A stretch of 32,000 nt of DNA from Coleofasciculaceae cyanobacterium (GTDB lineage Bacteria; Cyanobacteriota; Cyanobacteriia; Elainellales; Elainellaceae). A program made the translations under genes and the position numbers. Shown one piece after another: positions 22,403-32,000 of the stretch; position 1 is the stretch's first letter, and each line of letters starts with the position of its first letter. The notes below the pieces were generated by a model. It saw only the letters and a list, made by a program, of their open reading frames with translations, searched no databases and had not been told where the DNA came from. Location: assembly GCA_036703255.1 (NCBI GenBank), contig DATNPL010000151.1, positions 1 to 32,000 on the forward strand, in the 5' to 3' direction.

Positions 22403-23745
22403 GTACTCAGGTTTTCCCCTCAGAAGTGACGCTGACCGCCTCAGACAAACGGGCGGCCTACCTCGCCAATTTGCTGGCGCTGGCGCAGCGATCGCCCCTC
22501 TCTGGAATCGATCGCCCTTGGCTGAATGAGCTACGCGATCACGCTGCCCTACGGGTGCAGGAGCAGACCTTCCCGACGCAGCGCGACGAAGAATGGCGAT
22601 TTACCGACCTGTCGGCTCTGCTGCAAACTCCGCTAGAAGCCGTTAAAACTCAGAAGATCGGAACGTCTGCTATCGCTCCTTTTGGGTTACCAGAAGCGGA
22701 TCGGCTCGTGTTTGTGGATGGCGTTTATGCCCCGGAGTTATCCAACCTTACCCATCTGCCTGAAAGTCTGATTGTCGGCAACCTCTCTGCTCTGGCTGAG
22801 CAGCATGGCGATCGCCTACAGCCCTACCTGGGTCAGCAGTCTGGAGCCGATGAGGTGTTTACGGCTCTAAACACGGCAGGACTGACGGATGCAGCCATCC
22901 TATGGGTGCCCAAAGGTGTAGCGATCGATGTTCCGATTCACCTGCTGTTTCTCTCAACCGCCAGCCATGCAGCCCTGATTCAGCCGCGCGTTTTGGTGGT
23001 GGCAGAAACCAATAGCGCCGTGACGCTGATTGAAGATTATGGGGCGATCGGTTCAGGCTCTTACCTCACCAATGCCGTGACTGAGATCTGGATTGCCGAT
23101 AACGCTGAGGTCAACCATACCCGCGTTCAGCGCGATGGACATCACGCCTTTCACATTGGCAAAACAGCCGTCTCTCAAGCCCGCACCTCACGCTATACCT
23201 GCAATGCCGTGAGTTTGGGCGCAAAGCTTTCTCGACATCATCTGGAAATCTACCAGACCGGAGCGCAGACGGAGACTACGCTCAATGGCCTGACTCTGCT
23301 CCATGGCGAGCAGATAGGAGACACCCACAGCACGATCGCCCTGACCCAGCCCCACGGCACGACGCGCCAACTGCACAAATGCATCATTGACGATAAAGGT
23401 CATGCGATTTTCAACGGCAAGGTCTTTGTACCGCGCGCCGCACAAATGACCGATGCCGGACAGCTCAACCGCAATCTTCTGCTGTCATCCAAAGCCCGTG
23501 TAGATACCAAGCCGCAGCTCGAAATTGTTGCCGATAACGTTAAATGCACCCACGGAGCCACCGTCGGACAGCTCGAAGCCGATGAGGTCTTTTATCTGCA
23601 AAGCCGGGGAATTGACGCTGCCGATGCGCGTCAGCTCTTGGTTTATGCCTTTGCCTACGAAGTGATTGAGAAAATTGCGATCGCTTCTCTCCGTCGCACG
23701 CTCTCCGAACTCGTGCAATGCCGCAGCATGGCAGTGCGAAACTAG
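22399..23745 (+). CDS. sufD: Fe-S cluster assembly protein SufD
   Basis: 448 aa between sufC and sufS. The C-terminal SufB/D beta-helix region shows [28 protein letters not shown]. Confidence 0.9.
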   Translation: MSTQVFPSEVTLTASDKRAAYLANLLALAQRSPLSGIDRPWLNELRDHAALRVQEQTFPTQRDEEWRFTDLSALLQTPLEAVKTQKIGTSAIAPFGLPEADRLVFVDGVYAPELSNLTHLPESLIVGNLSALAEQHGDRLQPYLGQQSGADEVFTALNTAGLTDAAILWVPKGVAIDVPIHLLFLSTASHAALIQPRVLVVAETNSAVTLIEDYGAIGSGSYLTNAVTEIWIADNAEVNHTRVQRDGHHAFHIGKTAVSQARTSRYTCNAVSLGAKLSRHHLEIYQTGAQTETTLNGLTLLHGEQIGDTHSTIALTQPHGTTRQLHKCIIDDKGHAIFNGKVFVPRAAQMTDAGQLNRNLLLSSKARVDTKPQLEIVADNVKCTHGATVGQLEADEVFYLQSRGIDAADARQLLVYAFAYEVIEKIAIASLRRTLSELVQCRSMAVRN

Positions 23746-23786
23746 TCCCCTATTTGCCTTCGCTATCCCTCACCTCCTCACCCTCC

Positions 23787-25037
23787 ATGACTTTCACCCA
23801 AGCCCGCACCCTTGCCGCTCAGACCCGTGCCGACTTTCCCATTCTCGATCAGGAGATTCACGGCAAGCCTCTGATCTATCTGGATAACGCTGCCTCCTCC
23901 CAAAAGCCTTTGGCCGTTCTAGATGCGTTGCAGCATTACTACACGCACGATCACGCCAATGTGCATCGCGGGGTTCACACCTTGAGTTCGCGGGCAACTG
24001 ATGCCTACGAAGGCGCAAGGGATAAAGTCGCTGCCTTTGTCAATGCTGCTTCTCGCCAGGAAATTGTCTATACGCGCAACGCCACTGAAGCTATCAACTT
24101 AGTAGCCTACGCCTGGGGCAATGCTAACCTCAAGTCCGGCGACGAAGTGATTCTGTCGGTGATGGAGCACCATAGCAATCTGATTCCCTGGCAGCTTTTG
24201 GCGCAGCGTACCGGAGCTGTCCTGAAGTTTGTTCAGCTCTCTGAAACGCAGGGATTTGATCTGGAACATTACAAATCGCTGCTATCCGATAGAACCAAGC
24301 TGGTGGCGATCGTCCATGTTTCTAATACGCTAGGCTGCATTAATCCCGTTGAGGAAATTGTCCGTCTGGCGCATCAGCAGGGGGCAAGAGTGCTGATCGA
24401 TGCCTGCCAGAGCGTGCCCCATATGCCAGTCGATGTTCAGGCGATCGATTGCGATTGGCTGGTGGCTTCGGGTCACAAAATGTGCGCCCCGACGGGCATT
24501 GGTTTTTTGTATGGCAAGCTGGATCTGCTGCGATCGATGCCTCCTTTTTTGGGCGGCGGCGAAATGATTGCAGATGTGTTTCTCGATCACGCCACCTATG
24601 CCGATTTGCCTCACAAATTTGAGGCCGGAACTCCAGCGATCGCTGAAGCAGTTGGCTTGGGTGCAGCCATTGACTACTTAAATAGCTTAGGGATGGAAAA
24701 TATCCATGCCTACGAGCAAGAGTTAACGACTCATCTTGTTCAGCAGCTCCAGCAAATTCCCGAAGTCACGCTCTACGGCCCTCAGGGGAGCGATCGCGCT
24801 GGATTGGCGGCCTTCACGACAGGAGCCGTTCACCCCCACGATTTATCCACTATTCTCGACCAGGCGGGTATTGCCATCCGTGCCGGACACCACTGCACTC
24901 AGCCTTTACACCGCATTGTCAAGGCGCAATCGACCGCTCGGGCTAGCGTTTACTTCTACAATACCCAGGCTGAAATTGATGCGTTTATCGTCGCGCTGCG
25001 GGAAGCGATCGAGTTCTTTGGCGGCATTTTTGCATGA
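23787..25037 (+). CDS. sufS: Cysteine desulfurase SufS (class V aminotransferase, group II)
   Basis: DFPIL...[25 protein letters not shown] (PLP lysine) and RAGHHCTQP (active-site Cys) are present. Start placed at the in-frame ATG 23787 (MTFTQAR...); the track ORF starts at 23718, overlapping sufD. Confidence 0.9.
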   Translation: MTFTQARTLAAQTRADFPILDQEIHGKPLIYLDNAASSQKPLAVLDALQHYYTHDHANVHRGVHTLSSRATDAYEGARDKVAAFVNAASRQEIVYTRNATEAINLVAYAWGNANLKSGDEVILSVMEHHSNLIPWQLLAQRTGAVLKFVQLSETQGFDLEHYKSLLSDRTKLVAIVHVSNTLGCINPVEEIVRLAHQQGARVLIDACQSVPHMPVDVQAIDCDWLVASGHKMCAPTGIGFLYGKLDLLRSMPPFLGGGEMIADVFLDHATYADLPHKFEAGTPAIAEAVGLGAAIDYLNSLGMENIHAYEQELTTHLVQQLQQIPEVTLYGPQGSDRAGLAAFTTGAVHPHDLSTILDQAGIAIRAGHHCTQPLHRIVKAQSTARASVYFYNTQAEIDAFIVALREAIEFFGGIFA

Positions 25038-25169
25038 AATCCATTGCCGGATGAAGCAGCGCCTAAAATGATTCTCTGGAGTGATTGCAAACGCCCCCGT
25101 ACTCTGCCACGCTGCTAACAGATAAGACTGACGTGTAGACGTAGCGGCGAGGAGAGCCAAGGGCAAATC

Positions 25170-25646
25170 ATGATCAAACCCTGGATGATTATCGGCGGCA
25201 TTATGCTTGCCTTAGCTCTGGCGATCGGTAGCCTAGTTACGCCCAAAGGCACTCAGTGGTTCAATCGGTTGACGCGGCCGAGATGGCTGACCTTCGAGAA
25301 GGCGATTCCTTTTATTTGGACGTTTGTCTTTACCTGTGGTGCTGCGTCTGCCACGTTAATTTGGGAAGAAGATCCAGGAAGTTCTCAGACTTGGCTGCTC
25401 ATGGGGTTATATTTGCTATTAGAGTTAGTCACTCTGGCATACAGCCCAATTATGTTGCGAATGCAAAGCCTGAAAGTGGGTACCCTGATTGGTGGAGCTG
25501 GAGCAGTTCTTGCTGTAATTCTGGCAATTTGGGTGGCGCAGATTTCTGGGTGGGCGCTGATTTTGCTGATTCCTTACCTGATTTGGAGTCCTATTGGTAC
25601 TTACACCACATGGGCCATGTCTCGCCTCAATCCGCTGGATGCCTAA
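25170..25646 (+). CDS. TspO/MBR-like tryptophan-rich membrane protein
   Basis: 158 aa with five hydrophobic segments. WFNRLTRPRWLTF...IPFIWTFVF and the C-terminal PYLIWSPIGTYTTWAMSRLN resemble the TspO pattern (WY..L.KP.W.PP...PVWT / PYL.W..FA..LN). Confidence 0.55.
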   Translation: MIKPWMIIGGIMLALALAIGSLVTPKGTQWFNRLTRPRWLTFEKAIPFIWTFVFTCGAASATLIWEEDPGSSQTWLLMGLYLLLELVTLAYSPIMLRMQSLKVGTLIGGAGAVLAVILAIWVAQISGWALILLIPYLIWSPIGTYTTWAMSRLNPLDA

Positions 25647-25777
25647 TGCTCTGTCAAAGAAATTCAGACCCTGATACAAAAAGCTTTAGATTTAAATCTG
25701 AAGTTCAGGTTTAGAATTTCGATCGCCTCTGTACTTCTGCTCAGAGGCAACTTATAACTAGACACAGCCCTCTATTT

Positions 25778-25806
25778 TTGACATGGGTTTGACAGCCACA
25801 TGTAAT
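25778..25806 (+). promoter_or_regulatory. Near-consensus sigma-70-type promoter for the lipoprotein gene
   Basis: TTGACA (25778..25783), a 17-nt spacer, then TGTAAT (25801..25806). Two more TTGACA hexamers sit at 25789 and 25821 within the direct repeat gtttgacagcca. Confidence 0.35.
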
Positions 25807-25846
25807 TAATAGCCAGTTGTTTGACAGCCAGTTCAGGAGAAGATGC

Positions 25847-26296
25847 ATGACGTTTTTGGATCCGCTACTTTGCAAGCGGGCGATCGCCGTTTCAACCCTC
25901 GCCGCTCTTAGTTTTCTCGTCAGTTGTTCAGACAACAAAGTGTCTCAGTGCAACAAATTGATTAAAGTTGCCAATGAGGCTGTGTCTGCCGTTCAAAACG
26001 TTACCCAGACCGCAACCCCTGATAACGTAGCCGCTATGTCTCAGATTGCTACGGCGGCAGACAAAGCCAAGGCCGATATGCAAGGACTTCAGATCGGCGA
26101 TGAGCAGCTCAAGGGATTTCAGACTCGCTTTATTAGCATGTACACCGATACTGGCAAAGCTACCCGCGATCTGGTGACGGCAGCAGGAGCTAAGGATGCG
26201 GCGGCGGCGCAAACAGCCTTCGATGCTTTGAAGACAGCCACCGATCAAGAAGGGCCTTTGGTTAATCAGGTTAATACCTACTGCACGGCAAACTAA
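25847..26296 (+). CDS. Putative lipoprotein (hypothetical)
   Basis: AGGAGA lies 6 nt upstream of ATG 25847. The signal peptide carries the lipobox LVSC (MTFLDPLLCKRAIAVSTLAALSFLVSCSDNK). The mature part is Ala/Thr/Gln-rich. Confidence 0.6.
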   Translation: MTFLDPLLCKRAIAVSTLAALSFLVSCSDNKVSQCNKLIKVANEAVSAVQNVTQTATPDNVAAMSQIATAADKAKADMQGLQIGDEQLKGFQTRFISMYTDTGKATRDLVTAAGAKDAAAAQTAFDALKTATDQEGPLVNQVNTYCTAN

Positions 26297-26305
26297 AGAT
26301 TGTGG

Positions 26306-26432
26306 ATTAAATAACCTGTGTAGGTTGGGTTGAGCTTTGCGAAAGCCCAGCGCCTGAGACGGTGCGGGTTTACACTGCGGGAAGCAAGCTACGTGCCTCA
26401 ACCCAACCTGCAACAGTCGATGCTATTTAATC
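26306..26432. repeat. MITE-like element with nested inverted repeats
   Basis: The outer inverted repeat is gattaaata (26306..26314) / tatttaatc (26424..26432). The inner perfect 13-bp inverted repeat is aggttgggttgag (26322..26334) / ctcaacccaacct (26397..26409). Confidence 0.55.
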
Positions 26433-26655
26433 TATGAATCCTGGCGAAGCTTTAAAGCAGGTTTGCCGTAGCTTTCGAGTTTAGATTATCTAGGCGCTAA
26501 CAACAGCTCCATAGCACTAGTTCTATAGCACTACCGGGCGAACTTTTCGAGCTGAAATTTACCCTGGGCACTGATGAAATTGAGAAGCAATAGCCTCTCT
26601 TCAAAAAAGTTTGGTACTCTGAAATTCAAAGGCTGTTTCAGAGCGCCGTTTCGCC

Positions 26656-29600
26656 ATGAAAATTCTTCACGGTAGTTGGATTCCGCAATCAGAACCAGGG
26701 TTTGTCCAAAATGGGGCATTTTACCTTTGGGTCGAAACGACTGAACGCAAACAATTTCGCAAACCCACTCAGCAGCACCCTAGCCAGATCTTCTCGGCCA
26801 ATCTGGCAACATTACTGGCAAAAGAGCTAGGAATCCAGCCCCCTGGCTACCGTAAGCTAGAAGACTTTATTTCGCCGCAATACTTTTTGCTGCCCACTGT
26901 CGATCATCAGCCTTTGCCCTCTTTAGAACTCTCTCGCTACCTCGAAGAAGAGTTGCCTGAATCATTTGAGCTGGCGTACTGGCAAATCGACTGCTACAAA
27001 ACGATCGCCTCTGCCAAAACAGGGGGCACCGTTAACAATGTCATCAGCTTGCTCAACGACCTACATTTTTTGGCGTTGCATAATCTGACAGAGATTCAGC
27101 TTGGTGCCGATCTGCTGTTTTGGTTTCACTACACCCAGGCACTAAAGCGAATCATCCTCAAAGATCAGTACATTCCTGCTCTGAAATACCGAGAGATAGC
27201 GCCCTCCCAGACCGCTAAATCCGCTTCGCCAGCGGCTCAGGCAAAAGCTAAGACAGCCACCAAGACCCCTGCAAAAACCTCTGCTAAGACTTCCGCCAAG
27301 GCTAGCGCTAGATCTGCAACGAAAAGCAGGCGATCGCCCCGATCGGCAAACCTGGCAAAACCCCGTGCCGTCACCAAAACCATCGATGTCACGGCTCAAA
27401 ATGCCTCTGCCCAGAAATCTGTCAAATCCTCAACAAGTTCCTTTGAGATCTACCCCGGCTGGGAGCTGATTGGCGAAGAGTATGAATCGATCATTCAGCA
27501 ATACGTCGAATATATGCCCTTGGCTTGTGTGGCAGGTTTTGCCGCACCGCGAGAAACGCCGGAATTTTACGATCGCGCCACTCTGCTTCGCCATTTTTCC
27601 GACTGTCTGCTGACGGATATCGTTACCCATACGCCGACCACACAAGCCTATGAAAAGACGATCGCAGATTCGCTGCTCTATGACTGTTTGCACCGTAACG
27701 ATCAGCCCTGGACTCCGGGTACACACCTAGAGCTGTATCAACAGTGGCAAGTGTGGCGCGATCGCATCGTCCGTACTCAGTCGGATCTGCCGTTTTACCT
27801 CTGCTTCCATTTGCAAGATCCGCTGAAACCCAACGATCCTTGGGAGGTGCAATTTCAGGTCGCGCCCAAAAACGATCCTTCCCTGCGTGTCTCGCTGCAA
27901 GAATACTGGCGCATGCGTCCCCCGCAGCAGAAGCAGATTCAGAAGCAAATGGGGCAAGATTTTGAGCGGCAGTTGCTGATGAATTTGGGCTATGCGGCAC
28001 GAATTTATCCCGATCTCTGGCGCGGTCTGGAAACCGATCAGCCCGTTGGCATTACGCTCAACCTGGATACAGCCTTTGCCTTTCTAAAAGAGTCAGCCTG
28101 GGTGCTGGAAAATGCTGGATACAAAGTTATTGTTCCGGCCTGGTGGACACCCCAAGGACGGCAGCGGGCTAAGGTGCGGCTCAAGGCCAAAGGCAAATCG
28201 TTATCCGGGGGCGAAGACAAAGCCAAGTCTTACTTCTCGTTTGACAACTTGGTGGAGTATGAATATGAATTGGCGATCGGCGGAGAACCCGTCAATGAAC
28301 AGGAATGGAATCAGCTTGTCAGCGCCAAAACGCCCCTGGTGAAATTTCGCGGCCAGTGGATGGAGCTAGATCAAGACAAAATGCGGCAGATGCTGGAGTT
28401 CTGGAAGACCCAGCAGCAGGAAAACCCGGAGCTGAGTCTGCTCGATTTCCTCAAGCTTACGGCTGGAGAAGGAGATGACCTGGAGTTGCAGATCGATCGC
28501 CACAGCAGTCTTTCCGAGATGCTGGCAAAACTAGGAGATAAGAGCCAGCTCCAGCCCGTCGAAAATCCCAAACAGCTTCAGGGCAAGCTGCGAGAATACC
28601 AAAAGCGAGGCGTGTCCTGGGTGCAATACCTAGAAGATCTGGGGCTAAACGGCTGTTTGGCGGACGACATGGGCTTGGGTAAAACTATTCAAGTCATTGC
28701 CCGACTGCTGCAAGAACGAGAGATGGCGGGGAAAAAGCGGGGGAAAACTTTGCCACCGACCCTGCTAATTGCACCCACCTCAGTTGTGGGCAACTGGTAC
28801 CACGAGATTCAAAAATTTGCGCCGCAGCTACAGGCTGTGGTGCATTACGGCACGGATCGCGCCAAAGACAGCCAGGACTTTAAGCAAGCCTGCCGAGAAA
28901 ACGATCTGGTGATTACCTCTTTTGCCCTAGCGCGGAAAGACATCAAGCTATTGAGCGACATCAAGTGGCACCGCATCGTTTTAGACGAAGCGCAGAATAT
29001 CAAGAACCCCAAAGCCGACTTGACCAAAGCCGTTCTGAAGCTCTCTGCCCCGCATCGGCTGGCGCTCACCGGAACACCGATCGAAAACCGCCTGCTCGAT
29101 CTCTGGTCAATCTTTAACTTCCTCAATCCTGGCTATCTCGGCAACCAAGCCCAATTTCGCCGCAGTTTTGAGCTGCCCATTCAAAAAAATAATGATCCAC
29201 AGCAGTCTACCGTCCTCAAAAAGCTGGTAGAGCCTTTCATTTTGCGACGGCTGAAAACCGATCAGTCGATTATCAAAGATTTGCCAGACAAAGTAGAGCA
29301 AAAGCTATACTGCAACCTGACCAAAGAGCAAGCTTCGCTCTATGCGGCCGTGGTCAAAGATGTAGAAAATCAGCTCCAGGCTGTAGAAGGGATTCAGCGT
29401 AAAGGGCTGATTCTGGCAACCTTGACCAAGCTGAAGCAAATCTGCAACCACCCCATGCAGTTTTTGCAGGACGGCAGCGAGTTTACGCCAGAGCGATCGC
29501 ACAAGCTGACCCGCCTGAGCGAAATGGTAGAAGAGGCGATCGAAGAGGGAGAAAGCCTGCTGATCTTTACCCAATTTAACGAACTGGGTCAGGCTTTGGA

Positions 29601-30039
29601 AAAGTATTTGCGGCATGCCTACCACTACAACACCTACTATCTCTCTGGCAGTACCCCACGTAGCAAGCGTGAGCAAATGATTAAGCAATTTCAAGATGCC
29701 GAAACAGAACCTTCGGTCTTCATTTTGTCGCTCAAGGCAGGGGGTGTGGGGATTACCTTAACCAAGGCCAATCATGTGTTTCATTTCGATCGCTGGTGGA
29801 ATCCGGCTGTGGAAGATCAGGCCACCGATCGTGCCTTTCGCATCGGTCAGAAAAAGAATGTTTTCGTCCACAAGTTTGTCGCCATGGGCACCCTGGAGGA
29901 GCGCATCGACGAAATGATTGAAGACAAGAAGAAATTAGCCGGATCGATCGTCGGAGCCGATGAGTCTTGGCTGACAGAGCTTGATAACGATGCGTTTAGG
30001 AAGCTGATTGCTCTCAATAAGAGCGCCATTTTGGAATAG
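26656..30039 (+). CDS. SNF2-family helicase/translocase with a long N-terminal accessory region
   Basis: SNF2_N: LREYQKRGVSWV, LADDMGLGKT (motif I), LDEAQNIKNP (DEAQ, motif II), LTGTPIENRL (III). Helicase_C: LIFTQF, LSLKAGGVGITLT, DRWWNPAVEDQATDRAFRIGQ (VI). The N-terminal ~600 aa contain a Lys/Ala/Thr/Ser-rich tract. Confidence 0.9.
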   Translation: MKILHGSWIPQSEPGFVQNGAFYLWVETTERKQFRKPTQQHPSQIFSANLATLLAKELGIQPPGYRKLEDFISPQYFLLPTVDHQPLPSLELSRYLEEELPESFELAYWQIDCYKTIASAKTGGTVNNVISLLNDLHFLALHNLTEIQLGADLLFWFHYTQALKRIILKDQYIPALKYREIAPSQTAKSASPAAQAKAKTATKTPAKTSAKTSAKASARSATKSRRSPRSANLAKPRAVTKTIDVTAQNASAQKSVKSSTSSFEIYPGWELIGEEYESIIQQYVEYMPLACVAGFAAPRETPEFYDRATLLRHFSDCLLTDIVTHTPTTQAYEKTIADSLLYDCLHRNDQPWTPGTHLELYQQWQVWRDRIVRTQSDLPFYLCFHLQDPLKPNDPWEVQFQVAPKNDPSLRVSLQEYWRMRPPQQKQIQKQMGQDFERQLLMNLGYAARIYPDLWRGLETDQPVGITLNLDTAFAFLKESAWVLENAGYKVIVPAWWTPQGRQRAKVRLKAKGKSLSGGEDKAKSYFSFDNLVEYEYELAIGGEPVNEQEWNQLVSAKTPLVKFRGQWMELDQDKMRQMLEFWKTQQQENPELSLLDFLKLTAGEGDDLELQIDRHSSLSEMLAKLGDKSQLQPVENPKQLQGKLREYQKRGVSWVQYLEDLGLNGCLADDMGLGKTIQVIARLLQEREMAGKKRGKTLPPTLLIAPTSVVGNWYHEIQKFAPQLQAVVHYGTDRAKDSQDFKQACRENDLVITSFALARKDIKLLSDIKWHRIVLDEAQNIKNPKADLTKAVLKLSAPHRLALTGTPIENRLLDLWSIFNFLNPGYLGNQAQFRRSFELPIQKNNDPQQSTVLKKLVEPFILRRLKTDQSIIKDLPDKVEQKLYCNLTKEQASLYAAVVKDVENQLQAVEGIQRKGLILATLTKLKQICNHPMQFLQDGSEFTPERSHKLTRLSEMVEEAIEEGESLLIFTQFNELGQALEKYLRHAYHYNTYYLSGSTPRSKREQMIKQFQDAETEPSVFILSLKAGGVGITLTKANHVFHFDRWWNPAVEDQATDRAFRIGQKKNVFVHKFVAMGTLEERIDEMIEDKKKLAGSIVGADESWLTELDNDAFRKLIALNKSAILE

Positions 30040-30077
30040 CCGTTTTTTAGGGAATAGCCCGTTTGGGAGAAACAGCC

Positions 30078-30911
30078 ATGAGCCAATTTAGCCGCACCTG
30101 GTGGGGACAAAAATTCATTGAAGCCCTGGAAGAAATCTCTGATGACGGACGATTGAGCCGGGGGCGTTCTTATGCGAAAAACGGCAAAGTTACCCACTTT
30201 ACAATTGACAATGGCCTGATCACGGCCAAAGTCAGAGGCTCTGTTAATCCCTACTTTGGGGTATACAAAGAACCGCTCTACACCACTACGATCGAATTTC
30301 ATCCCATTAGTGCAGCAAAGTGGGCAGCCGCGATCGCCCTGATTGCCTCTCGGTCGAGCCTGATTTCACGGCTGCTGCTAAACGAAATCCCTGACAATAT
30401 CGAAGACTCCTTTGCTCAGCTCAGGCTGCATCTGCTGCCCCACAGTAACAAAGATTTTGAGGCCGATTGCTCTTGCCCCGACTGGGGCAACCCCTGCAAA
30501 CACATTGCCGGAGTCTACTATCTCATCGCAGCCGAACTCGATCGCGATCCTTTCTTGCTGTTTGAGCTGCGCGGGCTGTCGCGGCAAGATCTGCTCAAAG
30601 AGTTAGCCAAATCGCCTTTAGGTCAAGCCCTTTCTGACGAACTGCAACTGGCACAGCGATCGCCCCAGCCTGTCTCTTCCTACTACACGCAACCCCAAAC
30701 TACCGCTGCCGTTGCCCCTGCCGAGCTGCGTGATTTTTGGCAGGGTGCCAAGCGGCTTCCCCAGGCGATCGAACCCTTGCCTCAAACGCTTGTTGCAGGA
30801 ATCCCAGTGAAAAAGCAGGGAGACTTTCCTGCCTTCTGGCACCGCGATAACTCCTTCCTAGCAGCCGCAGAAGCGCTCTATGAGCAGGTGAGAAATAAAG
30901 GGCCGCTATAA
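30078..30911 (+). CDS. SWIM zinc-finger protein, partner of the SNF2 helicase
   Basis: CSCPDWGNPCKHIAGVYY is the SWIM CxC...CxH motif. GGGAGA lies upstream of ATG 30078. The gene starts 38 nt after the helicase stop, matching the conserved SNF2+SWIM gene pair (the B. subtilis ywqA/ywqB arrangement, from memory). Confidence 0.85.
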   Translation: MSQFSRTWWGQKFIEALEEISDDGRLSRGRSYAKNGKVTHFTIDNGLITAKVRGSVNPYFGVYKEPLYTTTIEFHPISAAKWAAAIALIASRSSLISRLLLNEIPDNIEDSFAQLRLHLLPHSNKDFEADCSCPDWGNPCKHIAGVYYLIAAELDRDPFLLFELRGLSRQDLLKELAKSPLGQALSDELQLAQRSPQPVSSYYTQPQTTAAVAPAELRDFWQGAKRLPQAIEPLPQTLVAGIPVKKQGDFPAFWHRDNSFLAAAEALYEQVRNKGPL

Positions 30912-31191
30912 ATACGCTTGGCATGGGTGGATACTCGGCCTCAGTTTATCCACGTCCCCTCTATGGCTTACCCTATCAGGCCGTCCATTGGGAACTGCTC
31001 TCTGGGTTATTTTCAGAGTCATTCTCAGAAATTTGCCTGGGCTTCCGATTGCAAATTTAATGATCCATGATCCTTAGAGAGTGTTGTAGGGTTAAGAATT
31101 CGATTAAAATTGCCCCAGTCTGACTAACAAATCCTGTTTCAAGTCATGTAACCGCTCTGCCAAACCTCGCCCCATTCTCTATCGTGAAACT

Positions 31192-31788
31192 ATGCCCTCT
31201 GTTAAGCCGTCTACGCCAAAACCCGTTGGGGACGAGTTGATCCTAACCCGTCAGCCAAACCCTGCCCAACTCGACAACATCAAGGCACAGCTTGACCTGG
31301 TGCTGTTGGCATTGGAAGCATTAGCGGGCATTGGTTCTGAAGCCATGCTTCAGGCGGCAGCAGACTTGAACCTGACGGAAGTCGTGGCCGATCGCGTCTC
31401 TCTCTGGCGATTGCGGCAGTCTAGTCCGCTGCGGCGGGGGCAAGGTCGCAAGCGGTTAGATGTCGAAGAAGCGCGATCGCTGGTCTTAATCACCTGTCAC
31501 TTGGCCAAACAGCATCAGGAGTTGATTCGTCGTGCCGTGGCTCTCCTGGAACAGGTCACAGAACAAAACCGCCAACCCCACCAAGCTGCCCTATTAGGGG
31601 ACTATCTAGATAACTTTAGCAATACCTATCAGGAGCGTATGGAAGATGGCGAAACCGTTGCTTCAGGAGAACTCACCCACCTCGCCCTGAAGCTGCTGAT
31701 TGATCTCCTGTTTTATAGTGCTGCCAGCGGTGCGCGGCGGCTGTGGATGGCGCTACTCGATCGCTCTACTAGCGAATTAGGGGCATAA
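31192..31788 (+). CDS. Conserved cyanobacterial hypothetical protein (DUF3038-like)
   Basis: 198-aa ORF with an ATG start. The family assignment rests on my recollection of the LDL.LLALEAL-type N-terminus and its usual pairing with a DUF4335 gene downstream. Confidence 0.5.
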   Translation: MPSVKPSTPKPVGDELILTRQPNPAQLDNIKAQLDLVLLALEALAGIGSEAMLQAAADLNLTEVVADRVSLWRLRQSSPLRRGQGRKRLDVEEARSLVLITCHLAKQHQELIRRAVALLEQVTEQNRQPHQAALLGDYLDNFSNTYQERMEDGETVASGELTHLALKLLIDLLFYSAASGARRLWMALLDRSTSELGA

Positions 31789-31838
31789 GTGCCCAAACGA
31801 CTATCTCCCTCTTCGTTCTTCATCCCACTTTGCTTACC

Positions 31839-32000
31839 ATGACCTCTGTTCTACGGCGATACACTCCTCCTACCTGCACGCTAGAAATCGCGGCAAAGGG
31901 TTCTGCCTTGTCGAAATGGACGGATCGGGCAGTGCTAAAAAATCTGCGGTTTCAGCTCAGTTTTGACGATCCGACGGTGCCCGAAGATAAGCAGGTCGAA
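31839..32000 (+). CDS. 5' part of a conserved cyanobacterial hypothetical protein (DUF4335-like); continues past the window end
   Basis: From ATG 31839 it reads MTSVLRRYTPPTCTLEIAAKGSALSKWTDRAVLKNLRFQLSFDDP..., open to the window end. The RRYTPPTCTLEI start is as I recall for DUF4335. Confidence 0.5.
   Translation, partial: MTSVLRRYTPPTCTLEIAAKGSALSKWTDRAVLKNLRFQLSFDDPTVPEDKQVE

Noticed and set aside
25256-25714. 152-aa alternative-frame ORF overlapping the TspO-like gene
   Set aside because: The 25170 frame gives five clean hydrophobic helices with TspO-like Trp/Pro motifs. The alternative frame is Cys/Trp/Ser-rich with no membrane or domain logic.
25928-26413. 161-aa minus-strand ORF
   Set aside because: It is antisense to the lipoprotein gene, which has an SD, a signal peptide and a lipobox. 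It also extends into the MITE-like element, so it is a shadow ORF.
26656-30911. Interpreting SNF2 + SWIM as a DISARM-like or other phage-defence system
   Set aside because: None of the required partner genes (methyltransferase, DUF1998, PLD or other nuclease) are adjacent. The neighbours are core cyanobacterial genes, and the pair is a common housekeeping-type arrangement.

Overview
The window looks like a cyanobacterial chromosome segment. The HIP1 octamer GCGATCGC is scattered throughout, and the gene content fits (sufR-sufBCDS, ftrC, DUF3038/DUF4335-type genes). Most of it is housekeeping or signalling: ftsE, pta, a PAS/LOV-like histidine kinase followed by a REC-GGDEF-EAL regulator, sufR / ftrC-sufBCDS, a TspO-like membrane protein, an SNF2 helicase with its SWIM partner, and several conserved hypotheticals. 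The first ~8 kb is accessory-like. (1) At 73..~1300 there is an AT-rich, HIP1-free islet carrying a decayed stand-alone reverse transcriptase (one frameshift, short C-terminus) next to the 5' end of an IS5-family transposase at the window edge. (2) At 3500..4200 there is a 700-bp intergenic region full of repeats: MITE-like hairpins, a 2 x 21-bp repeat, and a degenerate 42-bp tandem array. (3) At 4206..6553 there is a STAND NTPase locus. A 162-aa coiled-coil-like ORF ends exactly on a dnaX-type A_AAA_AAG heptamer, and an NB-ARC-TPR ORF is open in the -1 frame from just upstream of that heptamer. The linker sequence looks like coding sequence, so the pair is either a programmed -1 frameshift fusion or a 1-nt homopolymer lesion. 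(4) At 6554..8010 there are two RelE/ParE toxin-antitoxin cassettes, the second toxin frameshifted. Each is followed by a displaced in-frame copy of the last ~25 codons of the STAND gene, giving direct repeats that bracket the cassettes. I rank this STAND/TA locus as the best candidate for something undescribed. Other unusual items are a Rho_N/DUF4912-type protein with a ~270-aa Gly/Met/Ser tract (about 55 Met by hand count), a LOV-like PAS domain lacking the adduct cysteine, two CAAC-N6-GTTG SufR-type operators placed upstream of ftrC rather than sufB, and a Lys/Ala-rich histone-H1-like insert in the SNF2 helicase. Nothing here was checked against databases. All family calls come from motif recognition in the translations.
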